Shown here: one piece after another, positions 51,301 through 64,000 of the stretch
How positions within the stretch are numbered: position 1 is the stretch's first letter
Layout of the letters: each line of letters starts with the position of its first letter
Assembly: GCA_051294905.1 (NCBI GenBank)
Contig: CM119371.1
Location: forward strand, 40,426,001-40,490,000
Reading direction: 5' to 3'
Source of the DNA: Botryllus schlosseri
Taxonomy: Eukaryota
DNA: 64,000 nt
The notes under the pieces: generated by a model
What the model was told of the DNA's origin: nothing
The model's input: only the letters and a program-made list of their open reading frames with translations
Databases searched by the model: none
Made by a program: the position numbers and the translations under genes

Positions 51301-52949
51301 CTGGAAATGTTATACTTGTCCAAATCTGACTGTTATTAATCACGAAATTGCGTCTACTTGCGGATCAATTTTTGACAAGACGTTGATCCATACGATACGT
51401 ACGGAAAATTTGTAAGTTGTCACTTGCGATTACCTAATAAAAGTACGCGACAACCCGTCCAAATAATCATATTTTATATTCACATAGTTCAGTGATTTTC
51501 AACCTTCATTTACAAAACTTCTACTTGTACCCAAGAACAAAAATAGACGGGATCACTCCAACTTCTGAACGAGTCGAATCAATGACTCTTTCGATAGTTT
51601 CTACAAATGATGCGACCACATATTCCGACCATCCACTCTCTTTTTACTTCGAGCAGCAAGACAATGCGGACGGATTATTTTTATACTTTTGCCGTGTTAA
51701 TAATGCGAGCATCTCGTCAAATGTCAGTTTTTATTCTACAATATTTTTCGCAAGAAAATGAGATCTACGTCGGCCGAATGCAGCAAGTAACCATGCATTG
51801 AAGTGACGCATGTATGCTGACGTTAGTCTTCAGTGTCATACGTCGCCAGTCGGCAGAGGTTGTCAGTAACCAAGTACTTCTACTTTTCCAATTATAAAAG
51901 TAATTTGGCCCAATTTCACTACTTACTGGGATGCATGACATGGCTATTATATTATTGCAGAATATGAATGTATTTTTCCACGACGCTTCGTTTGATGCAC
52001 CTTGTGATATCGTTATGACGACACTATACGACACCACATTAATATTTAATCTAAAATTTTTTTTACTGTGTATGAGAATAGATCGAGCATGGAATGGAAG
52101 GATAAATCTCAACTCTCATTTTGAGAACGGTCAGACTTCGCGACATCGACTCACCTCTCATAAAATTCGGCGTCGAGTGGCCGCCAGGCATCTTTTTCTT
52201 GATACACTGAAATGAGAAAGAATTTAGAGAATATATAATACTTGTTATTAAATGATGTGTGCGTTGGTCAAAATCCAAATCCTGTTACTGATTAGAATTT
52301 CAAATCCAAATTCAAAATTAATTTTGTTTCGGGGGTCAGTAACGAACTATTACTACTTAATCAGGGTACTCAAGTAGTGTTGCCTACTTGCACCGCTCCA
52401 TCAGGTCGTTACAATTTTAAAATACTTCTATTTCTACTTGTTACAACAGTTGTCCGACAAAACTACTTACATCGTAAAATTTGGATTTTGACAAGTAGCG
52501 AGTAGTTCCGGGATGATTTTTCGTCATTTTTTTTCCGTGAAAGTGTCATAGGAGTCGCGTGAAATAGCCCATGTATCGCGGTAACTTGATATATGTTTTA
52601 CAATATTTCGCACACTTGCCGTGTATTTAGTCATTTTGCTTTAGTCGCGATGATATATCAAGATTGCAATTTGGAAAGTAAATATCTTCCGTTAACTTAG
52701 GGGCGGGCAACTTCTCCAGTCGGCGGGCCGGATATAGGAAAATCAAGTACTTGGCGGGCCGGATTGCTGAATCGATACATTATTCGCCCATTTATCCACA
52801 TATACAAGGAATAAATCGTATTTAACGATAGTATTTTAACGACAGCTATGTCCCTTCAAAGCCATTTCTCGCCAATAACGACGAGGATATAATTTGGATT
52901 TGGGAACTGCATTGTCATACAGACGCTGCCATCTCTGCTTCTCTTTGAT

Positions 52950-53596
52950 CATAGTGTCCTATATGGTGTGAACACAATCAAATCTGACGGCTCAATGAAA
53001 TTGCTCTACGTCACACTTTCCATTTGGTCAAAGGCAATTTGACGGTAGTTTTTGACCGACTTGCCGAGCATTAAATTTGATAAAACGGGTATGGATCGAA
53101 AGCTACCGCGGCGCTGGCTGCCAAAAAATATAAATTCTATTCTGCCCCCTCCAAAAATAAATCAGCCTGCAATGTTGCATTGTAACGGAGTTTGGTATTG
53201 TGACGCAGCCATGCCACATCTGAGCAGCTCAGGAGCAAGCGCGCACGAGAGTAAGAATGTGAATGCTCAATCGGTTGCGCAACAATGGTCAATATGCTTG
53301 CGGTTTACTCTGCTCCTCCCGTGCTCCCAGACGGTAGCGTCACAATACCAAACTCCATCACTGCAACATTCGAAGCTGATTTTGGGAGTTCCATGACCAC
53401 GAGCAGAATACAATTTATATTTTCGCAATCAGTACCGCGGTAGCTTTCGATTGATACCAGTTTTATCAATTTTAATGCTTGGCAAGCCGGTCAAAAATGA
53501 CCGTCAAATTGCCTTTGACCAAAGGAAAAGTGTGACGTAGACCAATTTCACTGAGCCGTGAGATTTGCTTGTGAAGACACCATATAGGACACTATG
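52950..53596. mobile_element. Foldback MITE of the P-element family, with inverted arms over most of its length
   Basis: CATAGTGTCCTATATGG ... CCATATAGGACACTATG with long inverted arms and a 7-bp near-TSD CTTTGAT / CTGTGAT. Confidence 0.75.
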
Positions 53597-55289
53597 CTGT
53601 GATCAATCAACTTACGGTGCAATCTCTAATTAATATTTCCAGGCGTTCGATAAGCCCGGCACCCCAAATTTACCAAGATATCAATTCATTAGGGCTGAGT
53701 AGGTGATGAGATAGCGTCGTTGTTTATCTGTGTGGCCTTATTTATCTCGATATTCAATTCATGCGGACCGCGGCATCTACGAAATTTGAAAATTGGCCCG
53801 TGAACCGTTTTGAGTTGGCGACCCCTGGCATAAGCGTTGCATTACAAAAGCCTACAAGTTGGCGGTTACGGAATCAAAAATTAGAAATATCGGTCTGGTG
53901 TGAATGACCATTGTAGTCTACAAACCCCATGATTACCACAAACGATATTGGGGTTGAGTACATCGCAAATGCCGATAATGCAAGTGTTCTCGCTTCGAAG
54001 AACTTAGGCGCAAGTTCCACTCGCACGCTGCGCTTACAAATAGCATATATTTACTAAAATTTGACGTAGTAGGCAAGTAGCGGGGTATTTCGGCAGGCTG
54101 CAGCCGCGGGCCACATTATCATATCAAACGGAAAACTGTCCGCGGGCCGGACAAAATCCCTTCGCGGGCCGGATCCGGCCCGCGGGCCGTATGTTGCCCA
54201 CCCCTGCGTTAACTGATAAAGTAAGCGATCCGTCAACTAAATCTACTTTAGAAGCAACTCCCTTGAATGCACATCCGGACATTCAGGAACTCGCGTTAGC
54301 AACTTTCAGAACCAAGGGGTGTCAGTGCGATCACCATATGTCGCAAAAGATCCATATAGAGCACTGTATGTTCTCCTATGATTACGAAAATATTCGAGTC
54401 CCAAAATTTTTTGACTCATCGCCCCCTCATTAAGCACTATGTATCTTTATCACAACCCCAAAAGCTAGGGTGTCATCAGCTGTGAAGTAATTCTACTTTT
54501 CCTAGTACTCAATTAGTTTATGGTGACTGGTGTACTTACTCAAGTAGTTTCAATTGAATACTATTTCTACATCGGTTTTTATAATGCTTGACAACTGAAC
54601 TTTGCATTCTTGATATTGTCAATTGAAAAGTAGTTTTTAGACGCGCTTCAACGACGTCTTACTTCAAAATTGACAAGAATTCATGAACAAGTTCACGATC
54701 AGCGACGTATGAGAAATCATGCGTAAAACAATGATTCGTATTAAATATCAAGTACAGGATATCGAATTACACTGCTATTCACTACTACCAAGCGTTATTA
54801 GATAACCGTGATAATGACGCTACGTCACACCATAGCATGTCATCACCACAAGATTTCAAGTTGCGTTAGTAACGCATCGGGCATGTTACGTGAAATGAGC
54901 ATTTCATGCAAAAAGATCGCAAAACTTATATATACACGTAATATAACACCTACACCAAATAATACACCGAACCAAACCACGACTCACATTCTAAAACTTC
55001 CAACTCCGCATCGATATCATTTGCAATCTTCTGCGCTTTTTTCAATTCGTCTCCTTTCAACATATCAGCTTTCCTGCAGTATATCAATGTTACTTTCTTC
55101 AAATGGGAGTTGTTGACGAGAGACGAAACGTCATTGACTGAAGCACGACATCCATAGTGGAATATGCATCTGATGCATTCGATCTGCGACGGGAGAATAT
55201 TACTATTAATATTGTGTATTATAATGATGCTTCTTCCTATTGCTAGTCTTTTCACCAGGGGCTATGATTTGCTACATGGCATTTTAGAT

Positions 55290-56954
55290 CAGGGGTGGCC
55301 AACCTTTTTGATGTTCACGGCTACATTTCGATTACTCATGTCGCCCACAGCCGCATTCCAGGCAGGGCCGTAACAGCACTTCGTCAGGCCCCCCCAAAAA
55401 CTTTGGTCTTGGGCCCCCCTATAGGGTTATAGACCGTCTGTACTGTACTGTGAGCCAGCGCGAAGCGCGAAAATTTTCGATAATTTATGATAAAATCGGT
55501 CAATCAGATCGGCGATTGCATATATATTATGCTATCAATTTATTGTCCTCTCTACTCACGCAATTAGATTTACCGGTAGAGCTGAATGAAGTGTCTTGAA
55601 AACGGGAAGGCCCGTAAATAATAATTAAACATCTTCAGGCGGGCGGACCCGTTGATATGACTTCGTTACATGATGTTATTTCGTGACTTCCAGTCTGCTC
55701 AAAAAATATAGAATCGCCCAAACGTAGGCTTCTAAACTAAGAGACGCACACGATTTCAAATTGGTATTTCTTCACTGGCATAAAATTGTTCCAAGCGGGA
55801 TGGTCTTTGTCTTGTGAGGTTCAGATTGCAAAGACAGGAACATTCGGAGCCAGTCATTTAGGCGCCTATATGGACAATTAAACCTATATGTATTTTGAAT
55901 AGCCTATATAACGAAGTCTTCGGTCTGCATAAGGGCATAGACCTTTTCGGCCAAGCTTTTCTCGCTGACGATCGTTCTGGCACATTTCTTGGAGTCGCAT
56001 GTTTTCTGGCCTAAAACTTGATTGTATGTCTTGGTGGGTCGTGGTGCGGTCACAATACCCAATAATATAGATAAATGGGCACTGAAATTCGCGCGCAGCG
56101 CGAAAAAATTTTGAAAAAGTTGCATATATTTTCAAAAAATACTCTATGATTTATGCTAATTCACGAAATAATTTTGGGCCCCCCATCGAGCTCGCCCCCC
56201 CCCAATTGGGGGGTTTGGGGTGCTGCAGTTACGGTGCTGATTCCAGGACATAGTCGTGATGAACTAACTGGATGCCAAATATCCATATTCAACTGCCCAT
56301 GTCCATTACCGGTGAACTCCGGACTAATCTATTCATACACATCGGCACACTCATTTCTGGAACCAATTGTGGTCGCACGAGCCGTGAAATTTTTTTCAGA
56401 TTCGGGAATGAATTTTGTCATTATTATTAGTAGTTTCACATATTACTGCCAGACATTCAATTTTTTCCTTTCACAGCCCATGCGATCAGATTCACCGGTT
56501 GAGTTCATGGAGGTGAGCGTTTCCGAAAATGTTGGGCAAATCATAATCGATGATTTATCTTCTGGTGGGCCGATTGTTAGTAGTCACTTTGTTGCATCCT
56601 AACTGTTGTTATTCCAACTCCCATGAGGATTGTCAGTATATAGTGGAAATATATTGAAATCCCCCAATAGTACCATAATCAATTTTCTTTCGTGAGGAGC
56701 ACACGATTCCAAATTGGTATTTGTGTATGGGGCCCTTCATTTTCATGTGCTGTTCATATCTGTACTGCGGTGCTCAGATTGCAAAAAACGCTCCCATATT
56801 AAAATCGCGCAAAAAAAAATTTCCATATTGATCACTATCGGGAGTCGATTTGTAATTTGAATATGCATGTTGAAGGCCACCAACAAATAATAATTGAATT
56901 TCGTGTCGAAGGCCGCACAAATTCCATTCTACGGCCTCAGGTTGGCTATCCCTG
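55290..56954. mobile_element. hAT element hosting a family-A copy and a LINE endonuclease scrap
   Basis: CAGGGGTGGCCAAC ... GTTGGCTATCCCTG with TSD TTTTAGAT / CTTTAGAT. Confidence 0.8.
55363..56239. mobile_element. hAT family-A copy
   Basis: CAGGGCCGTAAC ... GTTACGGTGCTG with a perfect TSD ATTCCAGG. Confidence 0.9.
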
Positions 56955-57899
56955 CTTTAGATAAACTTATTGATAAGAATTACGAACTCCGCAACTGCGG
57001 TGGATATCTAGGACAAGAAAAATAAGTTACTTCATGTGAAGGGGATTAGAGCTGAACGACAGGAATAAATAATAAACGTGCGTTGGTGGAATATGTACGT
57101 TGAATCTATGCGAATAACACCGGATCATAATTAATACCTTCTTTTGCTTGCAAGCTTTAACAATATTTCGAAATTCATATTCTTCCTCCAAGTAGAACAT
57201 TGCATGGATATTGCCAAAAGCGGAAATTTCTCTGGCACGGTTCAAATATCTGTTGTGATCCTCGATGGAAATCTGGCCATTCACAACAATTTCCAAGACC
57301 TCCATCTTGAATGCGAAAGACATAATTTGGTAAATCTTGGAACAAGATTCGGTAATTTGATTAAAGAGTGCTATTCCCGGAAGTTCAGATAGACGCCGAA
57401 AGAATGATCAATTCCGATATTCGAGATATGATTATAGGGAAATATAAATGCGTTTGAAAGCATTCTTAAAATCGAATGAGGAATCATACTTGATACTTTT
57501 TCCGAGACGTTTCAATTAGCGACCAATCGACATCTTCTTCCTCCGTGCAATCGAGCAAGATCTTGCTTATCTGAACACAATATTGGTTTCATGAGGTAAG
57601 ATGACATCATCGTGACGTGATCATGTATTGAAATCGATATTCATATTTTTACAGTATATTAGTGATTTGTTAAAATTATTTGCTTGTACGCAATACATAC
57701 ACTGCATGATTTTAGTCGCATTCCTGAGCATGATCTCTCGTTAAAATCTACTCATGAATATTCTTTGTATTGCATAAACATATTATATAAGTAGTGGTGG
57801 TCAAAGTAGTCGTCGTCGATACTCAAGTATTCAAGTACATTTCTACTCAAGTAGTATTAGCGATATACAAGTAAGTAAAAAAGTAAGTACTCCAAGCCA

Positions 57900-59065
57900 A
57901 AGAATTAAAACTAGAGTTATATATTTCCAAATGAGATTAGAATTAGAGCTGCAGTTTTTTTTCCAATAAAATTAGAATTAGAGCTACACAGTTTTTTCCA
58001 AATAAAATTATAATTAGAGCTACACATTTTTTTTTCCAAATTAGATTACGATTAGAATTAGAGCTACACAGTTTTTTTCCAAATAAAATTATAACTAGAA
58101 CTACACAGCTTTTTTCCAAATTAGATTCGGATTAGAATTAGAGCTACACAGTTTTTTTTCCAAATAAGATTAGGATTATAATTAGAGCTACACAGTTTTT
58201 TTTCCAAATTAGATTAGGGTTAGAATTAGAGCTACACAGTTTTTTTCCAAATTAAATTATAATTAGAGCTACACAGTTATTTTTTCCAAATTAGATTAGG
58301 GTTAGAATTAGAGCTACACAGTTTTTTTTTCAAATAAAATTATAATTAGAGCTACACAGTTGTTTTTTCCAAATTAGATTCGGATTAGAATTAGAGCTAC
58401 ACAGTTTTTTTCCAAATAAAATTATAACTAGAGCTACACAGTTTTTTTACAATAACATTGGAATTAGAGCTACACAGTTTTTTCCAAATAAAATTATAAT
58501 TAGAGCTACACAGTTTTTTTCCAAATAAAATTTTAACTAGAGCTACACAGTTTTTTCCAAATAAAATTATAATTAGAGCTACACAGTTTTTTTCCAAATT
58601 AGATTAGGATTAGAATTAGAGCTACACAGTTTTTTCCAAATACGATTAGGATTAGAGTTACATACATAGTTTTTTCCAAAAAAGATTAGGGTTAGAATTA
58701 GAGCTACACAGTTTATTTTCCAAATAAAATTATAATTAGAGCTACACAGTTTATTTTCATATAAGATTATAATTAGAGTTACATAGTTTTTTTTTCCAAA
58801 AAAGATTAGGATTAGAATAAGAGCTACAGTTTTTCCAAATAAAATTATAATTAGAGCTACACAGTTTTTCCCGAATTAGATTAGAATTGGAAATAGAGCT
58901 AAATAGTTTTTTCCAAATTAGATTGGAATTAGACTTATACAGTTTTCCAAATTTATGGTATATTAGAATCAGAATTAGAGCTAGTTTTTTTTCCGAATTA
59001 GATTAGAATTAAAATTTGAGCTACGTAGCTTTTTCCAAATTAGATTAGAATTAGAGCTACACAGT
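57900..59065. repeat. Satellite of about 36-46-bp units (ATTAGAGCTACACAGTTTTTTCCAAAT...)
   Basis: More than 25 tandem units in two alternating length classes. Confidence 0.95.
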
Positions 59066-60181
59066 AGGGGTGCCCAAAAATGACTTTTTTTCCAAATTCT
59101 ATTGGCTGTTAGATAAAATTGATAGGTTACCTAATTGAAGCCTGCACAGAAAGTTTGGTTCAATTCCAGCCAGTAGCCGCATTGCTACTGGAGGAGAACG
59201 TTTTTTCATTTATTATATAAAATAAAATAAAAAATTTAAAATAAATTCAAATTTTTCTGTTCATCCCATGAAATTGTTCGGTTTTCTATAGAAACGATGT
59301 TCACCAAATTTGGCTCAATTCCAACCAGCGGAAGCGGAGTTATTGAGTATAAGTATATGCCTTGACGTGCAATGGCTCAGACACTGACAAGACCGAGACG
59401 CTTAGGAAACGGCCTAGGGCGTCCTAGAGCGTTGTGAGGTATCGTGCGCAGCTCATATTGTTTAAAATAAAATGAAATTTATGATCATGATATTTCCAGT
59501 TGTATTTGTACTACTTCAATAAAATATTACTTTCGATGTGGTAACCATGCACATCGCCCATGTTAGTGAGCATATAGTTTTACTAACATAAAGTTTTAAT
59601 ACGTGGCTGCTAAACTGTGTGGCCTATTTTGTCTCGATATTGCATTCTTGCGGCCCGCGACCTCTACGAATTTTTGAAAAGTGGGCCGCGACCCGTTTTT
59701 TGAGTTGATGACTTCTGCACTACGCAGTTCTCCTGAATGACTGTGCGGTTCAAACAATGCGATGGCGACTTGGCTCCGGATCTCCCTGCAAAATGCCGTG
59801 TACAAATAAACATTTTTAGGAAAACAATAAACTAGATTAGAATTAGAGCATAGGAGCATTACACAAATTAGAGTAGAATTAGATTACTGGCATTTCATTC
59901 TAAATTAGTGAGATTAGACAACTAGAATTACCCAGTTGCCCAAGTCTGATGGTGAGTAACGATGTACTTCTACTTCTTAAAAGTACGAGGTTAATATCAC
60001 AATTTCACACATTAATTAATGATTGAACCTATTTGTGACGTCATTAATCATTTTGCGTTAGACGCAGACACGCATCTCGTAATTTAAAAGGTAGCCAGCA
60101 CCGATGAATTGCCAAATATTTGCGAACCGTCGACTAAAAATACTTTTGAAAACTATTTATTTCGAGTACCGTACTTATAAG

Positions 60182-60645
60182 TAGGGCTGGGCACAATGAT
60201 TCGAGAACTCAAATCTGCATCGAGCATCAATTTTAATGATTGGAGTCGAGTAGTAAAACACGATTTTTTCGAGCACTGGAATTATACGCTCCTCGCCACT
60301 GAAAGTGAATTTATCAACGAGAATTATAGTTTCGATTCTAATTTTCACTGTTGAAGATTGGTACAAGCCTTGAAATCTTGATTGGCCGGTTCGTAGCACA
60401 TCACCGAATTCATGATCATCCCACAACATGGTCACCATGTGCGGTAAAATCGAAAAAATACCAAAGTATCATTCATGTGATGGAGAACAGGCATTATGTT
60501 CTTTGCGGTCGCCTAAAAGGTACACATTTGAACTTTGACATGTTACATTCTGTCCTGATGTCATAGCGAGTGATACTCGATTACTCGAAGCACATTACAT
60601 GATTCAGAATGGAATCACTCAGGTACTCGATCTTGCCCAGGCCAA
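60182..60645. mobile_element. hAT MITE, inverted sister of 8618-9132
   Basis: TAGGGCTGGGCA terminus with a perfect TSD CTTATAAG. Confidence 0.85.
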
Positions 60646-60909
60646 CTTATAAGAACTTACATTTTCCACTTTCACTTGAAGTAGTTTTAATAGGTCTTTT
60701 AAAGAGACAGTTCTACTTGTAATCGCGTATAAATTCAACAAGTTGCTTCTACTTCTACTTGATTAGGAAGGCTGAGCACTTCGACCAGCTCTGCGTACAC
60801 TCGAGACTCGACTCGCAGTATTGAAGACTTGGAGTGTTCAAAAAAAACTTTTTTTTTCAAATTTCATCGGCTTCGTTGTCAAATCACCAGGTTACCTGAA
60901 AAAAACGTT

Positions 60910-62950
60910 GCAAACAAAATTTGACGCCATTCCAACCAGTAGATGTCGAGGTCACTCGAATTGAAATTTCGGTCATTTTTGAAATAATAGTATTTACGGT
61001 GACCAATTTCGTCACACAGACATGACCAAAAATCGTGTTCCAGGTATGCCTGAAGTTGCAGGATGTATTTTCCCCTTGTTTTGATCTTGACAAGGACCTA
61101 TGGCGGGGTTTGGACAGGGCTGTGATGACTTGAGTCATGACTCAACTCAAGTCACGATTTTTCTGATGACTGGAATCGACTCGAGTCATTTTGTCAAAAT
61201 ACGGAAATGACTCAACTAGACTCGAGTCAATTTGTGTATCAACTCGACTTTAACTTGAGGCATTGCGCATTACTCGAACCAAGTCATATGACTCGAGACG
61301 CAGACCGCCAAGACCGACATTTCATTGTAATTTCGAAGAATAGTAAAGTGACCACACTATTAGGATTTCGTCTATTGGTACTGGTACTTGGAAATATGAC
61401 CAGAAACTGCTAAAAGGGAGGAAAATTGGTATAAGATAAATGTGAACCAATAGATATCATCAAACAGTTTTATAAAATGTGGGTTTAACAAGATTTTATC
61501 AGGAAACTGAGCAGTCAACACAATGACTTGGACTCGACTCGAGTTATAATACTGTGACTCAGTGGTGGATTGAAAATGACTCGACTTGACTCAAGTCAAA
61601 ACTGTAAAAGTGAGATCGACTTGCGACTTGGGTACAGTCCTGGGTTTGGATGAAGACACCGCCAGTAAACGAAAAAAGAAATTACACGGATTACCTGAAA
61701 ACTGGTCCACCTCATTGAAATCGACATGTTGAAACGATGGTGAGATAATTTTCAAACAGATTACTTTACACACTGAAATTACGACCACGAAAAGGAAATG
61801 AACTGACAAGCAGGTAAAATACGTGTAAATATGTTTCTCAAGTGATAGTCGAGAAGTATTTTTTGTCGGACCAATTTAGATTTCACGAAATCGATCCCAG
61901 TTATGCAAGACATACCGATGTCTCTCTGCCTTGATTCAAAGTTTTTACTGATCGCAAAGTCGCTATTCCCAAAATCTCATCCCCAAAGACATCAGTTGCA
62001 TTACTCAATAGCTCCGTGTTCGAATGTTTCTCTGCTACTTGATATTGACTTATCCAGGGCGTTGAAAATGCTGCTGATTGCAATCCAGAATGGGCTATGC
62101 AATTGAATAGTATTTGTGAGTTGAAAAAACATTTCTGATACTTCACATAAGCTTTGATCCTGGAGCTTTTTGTGCTCGAAACTTTGCGAGATTCAAGGAA
62201 ACCGAATGGTAACCCAATGAGCTTATAAAGCACATTAGTCATTTTCTGGTCTTTCAATATCATCTGGGCCCCCTTGGCATGGAGTGATAAAAAGCATTGC
62301 TGTTTTACCACGATATATGGATACAATTAGATGGTAGTTACCGAATATGGAGGATGACATGAAGAGAGGACGACAACTTTTGATAGGAAGAAGATCTGTC
62401 ACGATGCCCATTAGTCTTATCGTTCACCTGTGATATTATAGAAGGCTACTATAGAAGTGCTGCAGAGCAAATAATAAAATATCATATAATATCAAATCGA
62501 ATAGTGAAGAAATGTACATTGGACTGACAAAGAATATAGATATTGACTATCACTTGAGAAATGTATTTACCCGTATTTTACGTGCTTATTGTCAGTTCAT
62601 GACCTTTTCGTGGCCGTTAATTTCAGTGTGTAAAGTACTCTATTTGAAGATTTTCTCACCATCGTTTTAAAGTCTCTATTTCAATGAAGTGAACCAATCT
62701 CCAGGTAATCCGTATCATATCTTTTTTTCGTTTACTGGCGATGCCTTCATTCAAACCCCACCATAGGCGCTTGTCAAGATCAACACAATTGGAAAATACA
62801 TCCCTGCCACTTCAGGAATACCCGGAACACGGTTTTTGGTCATGTCGGTGTGACGAGATTGGTCACCGTAAATACTATTATTTCAAAAATGACCGAAATT
62901 TCAATTTGAGTCACCTCGGCTTCTACTGGTTGGAATTGAGTCAAATTTGG
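60910..62950. mobile_element. Unclassified long-TIR DNA element (arms of about 400 bp) with a decayed coding-like core
   Basis: 60910-61114 plus 61651-61850 is the inverted complement of about 62545-62950. The true termini were not resolved. Confidence 0.7.
61115..61642. mobile_element. hAT MITE (GACTCGAGTC repeats) inserted in the left arm of the long-TIR element
   Basis: CAGGGCTGT ... ACAGTCCTG with a perfect TSD GGTTTGGA. Confidence 0.88.
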
Positions 62951-63386
62951 TGTGAGAGAGACGAGATGAGGAGGTATTGACAACACAATCTTTAATTGAA
63001 AAAACCGTCTTTATGAACTGTGCATGGTATATTTACTGAAAATATCAAATTAAATATTTTATATGTTTTTCCCAATAAAAATAGTAAAACTTGAGATTCC
63101 GAAACACCATATCAACTGTACTTGAATTGCAACAGAAAGTCATTCCGTGCGGATCTGAAAAGAAATAGCGGGTATGCACACGAAACACCTCGAATTATGC
63201 TTGATTTAGATGCACACAAGAAATCATTCTGTTCTTGATATCTGTTATATAGTTAGACCATGATTACTTGATTATCCACTTGTGGATAAAGTATGGATAA
63301 AAGTAGATTTAAATAGGATAAAAGAACTGATTAACCACAATGCAATGTTTGAGTTTTAAAGCAAACTTGAAACTGTATATTTATGA

Positions 63387-63420
63387 ACCCGAATATTTTC
63401 GGCTGACACTCGTCAGGGGT
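63387..63420 (-). ncRNA. Minimal hammerhead motif, intact core, in a PLE pseudo-LTR fragment (about 63384-63489)
   Basis: Identical to the motif at 14630-14663. Confidence 0.8.
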
Positions 63421-63489
63421 AATCGTCAGCAACTAGTAGAGAATTGGAAAGAACATTGTATATCAACAATCGTATCACAAAATATGACG

Positions 63490-64000
63490 GTCGGTTTCTT
63501 CCGGTTCAACATGTCCGACATTGTTCAATTGCACAGGAGTTTTATCAATAACTGGGCCGTAGGATACGGGTTCACTAGATTTGACATTACATTGCTTTAC
63601 TTCAGGATACACACGAGGGTTACTAATAACAAAGTTTTGTACCTTGTCTTCCGAATTCAATACGGGAACCTTACTCCGTATATCTGTATAACTTGGTTCT
63701 TCACGTACGACATCTTCATCGTCATCAAAACCAAAGAGGTTTTCCTCCCTTTCTCTTTCTATTTGCTCACAAGCCTTGATCACGGCTCGTTTTTCAGCAA
63801 GTTGACTCTTCAGGGCCAATTGCTACAACTTTGCTTCATCTTCAACTAGCTTCTTTTTCATTTCAGCTTCAAGTCTTTTCATCTCTGCTTCATCTTCAAC
63901 TAGCTTCTTTTTCATATCAGCTTCTTGCTCTGAATATTCCAGTTTTGCTTCCAAAGCGGCTGCTTCCCTTATGCTTGTATCACGTAGCTCTTTGTTGCTG
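63490..64000 (-). pseudogene. Coiled-coil coding remnant, probably the N-terminal gag region of a BEL/Pao LTR retrotransposon; runs off the window
   Basis: One frame with a single TAG reads ...IREAAALEAKLEYSEQEADMKKKLVEDEAEMKRLEAEMKKKLVEDEAKL*QLALKSQLAEKRAVIKA...KVQNFV... It is cut off by the PLE pseudo-LTR at about 63489. The family call rests on general resemblance only. Confidence 0.45.

Noticed and set aside
50130..57570. TGA recoding (selenocysteine or alternative code) in the minus-strand exon-like segments
   Set aside because: TAA and TAG stops and phase mismatches also occur, the intact genes here use TGA as stop, and no SECIS was recognised. Ordinary decay explains it.
57900..59065. 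CRISPR-like or telomeric array (some units contain TTAGGG)
   Set aside because: There are no unique spacers and the context is eukaryotic. TTAGGG occurs only singly, as a variant of TTAGGA/TTAGAA.
63340..63849. 169-aa plus-strand ORF
   Set aside because: It spans a pseudo-LTR junction and is antisense to the more protein-like minus frame.

Overview
AT-rich animal (metazoan) genomic DNA with spliceosomal introns. The repeat content (MetaSINE-like SINE, hAT, pogo, P and EnSpm elements) fits a marine invertebrate. An ascidian is plausible but cannot be proven from the sequence. Three host genes lie on the + strand in the first 24 kb: a multi-exon secreted C-type-lectin-domain gene (about 4837-8193), a short single-ORF XK-related (XKR scramblase family) gene (13223-14089) and a single-ORF BTB protein with three tandem BACK-like repeats and no Kelch domain (21896-23530). 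The rest is mostly transposon-derived. It includes I-group/Nimb-like LINE 3' ends, tRNA-derived SINEs, many non-autonomous hAT elements with readable 8-bp TSDs, pogo-like MITEs, a P-element remnant with its foldback MITE, MITE-derived satellites and a BEL/Pao-like gag remnant. A 9.7-kb CACTG-ended EnSpm element sits in the middle of a roughly 13-kb, up-to-seven-layer nest. The most striking signal is missed by the ORF track: a dispersed Penelope-like retroelement family, identified by a GIY-YIG C-terminus at 14818-15036. Its pseudo-LTRs carry minimal type I hammerhead ribozyme motifs with palindromic stem-III loops (four intact cores, two single-point core mutants, several decayed copies), mostly in inverted tail-out pairs. 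All calls were made by eye with no database searches, so boundaries without a TSD are approximate.
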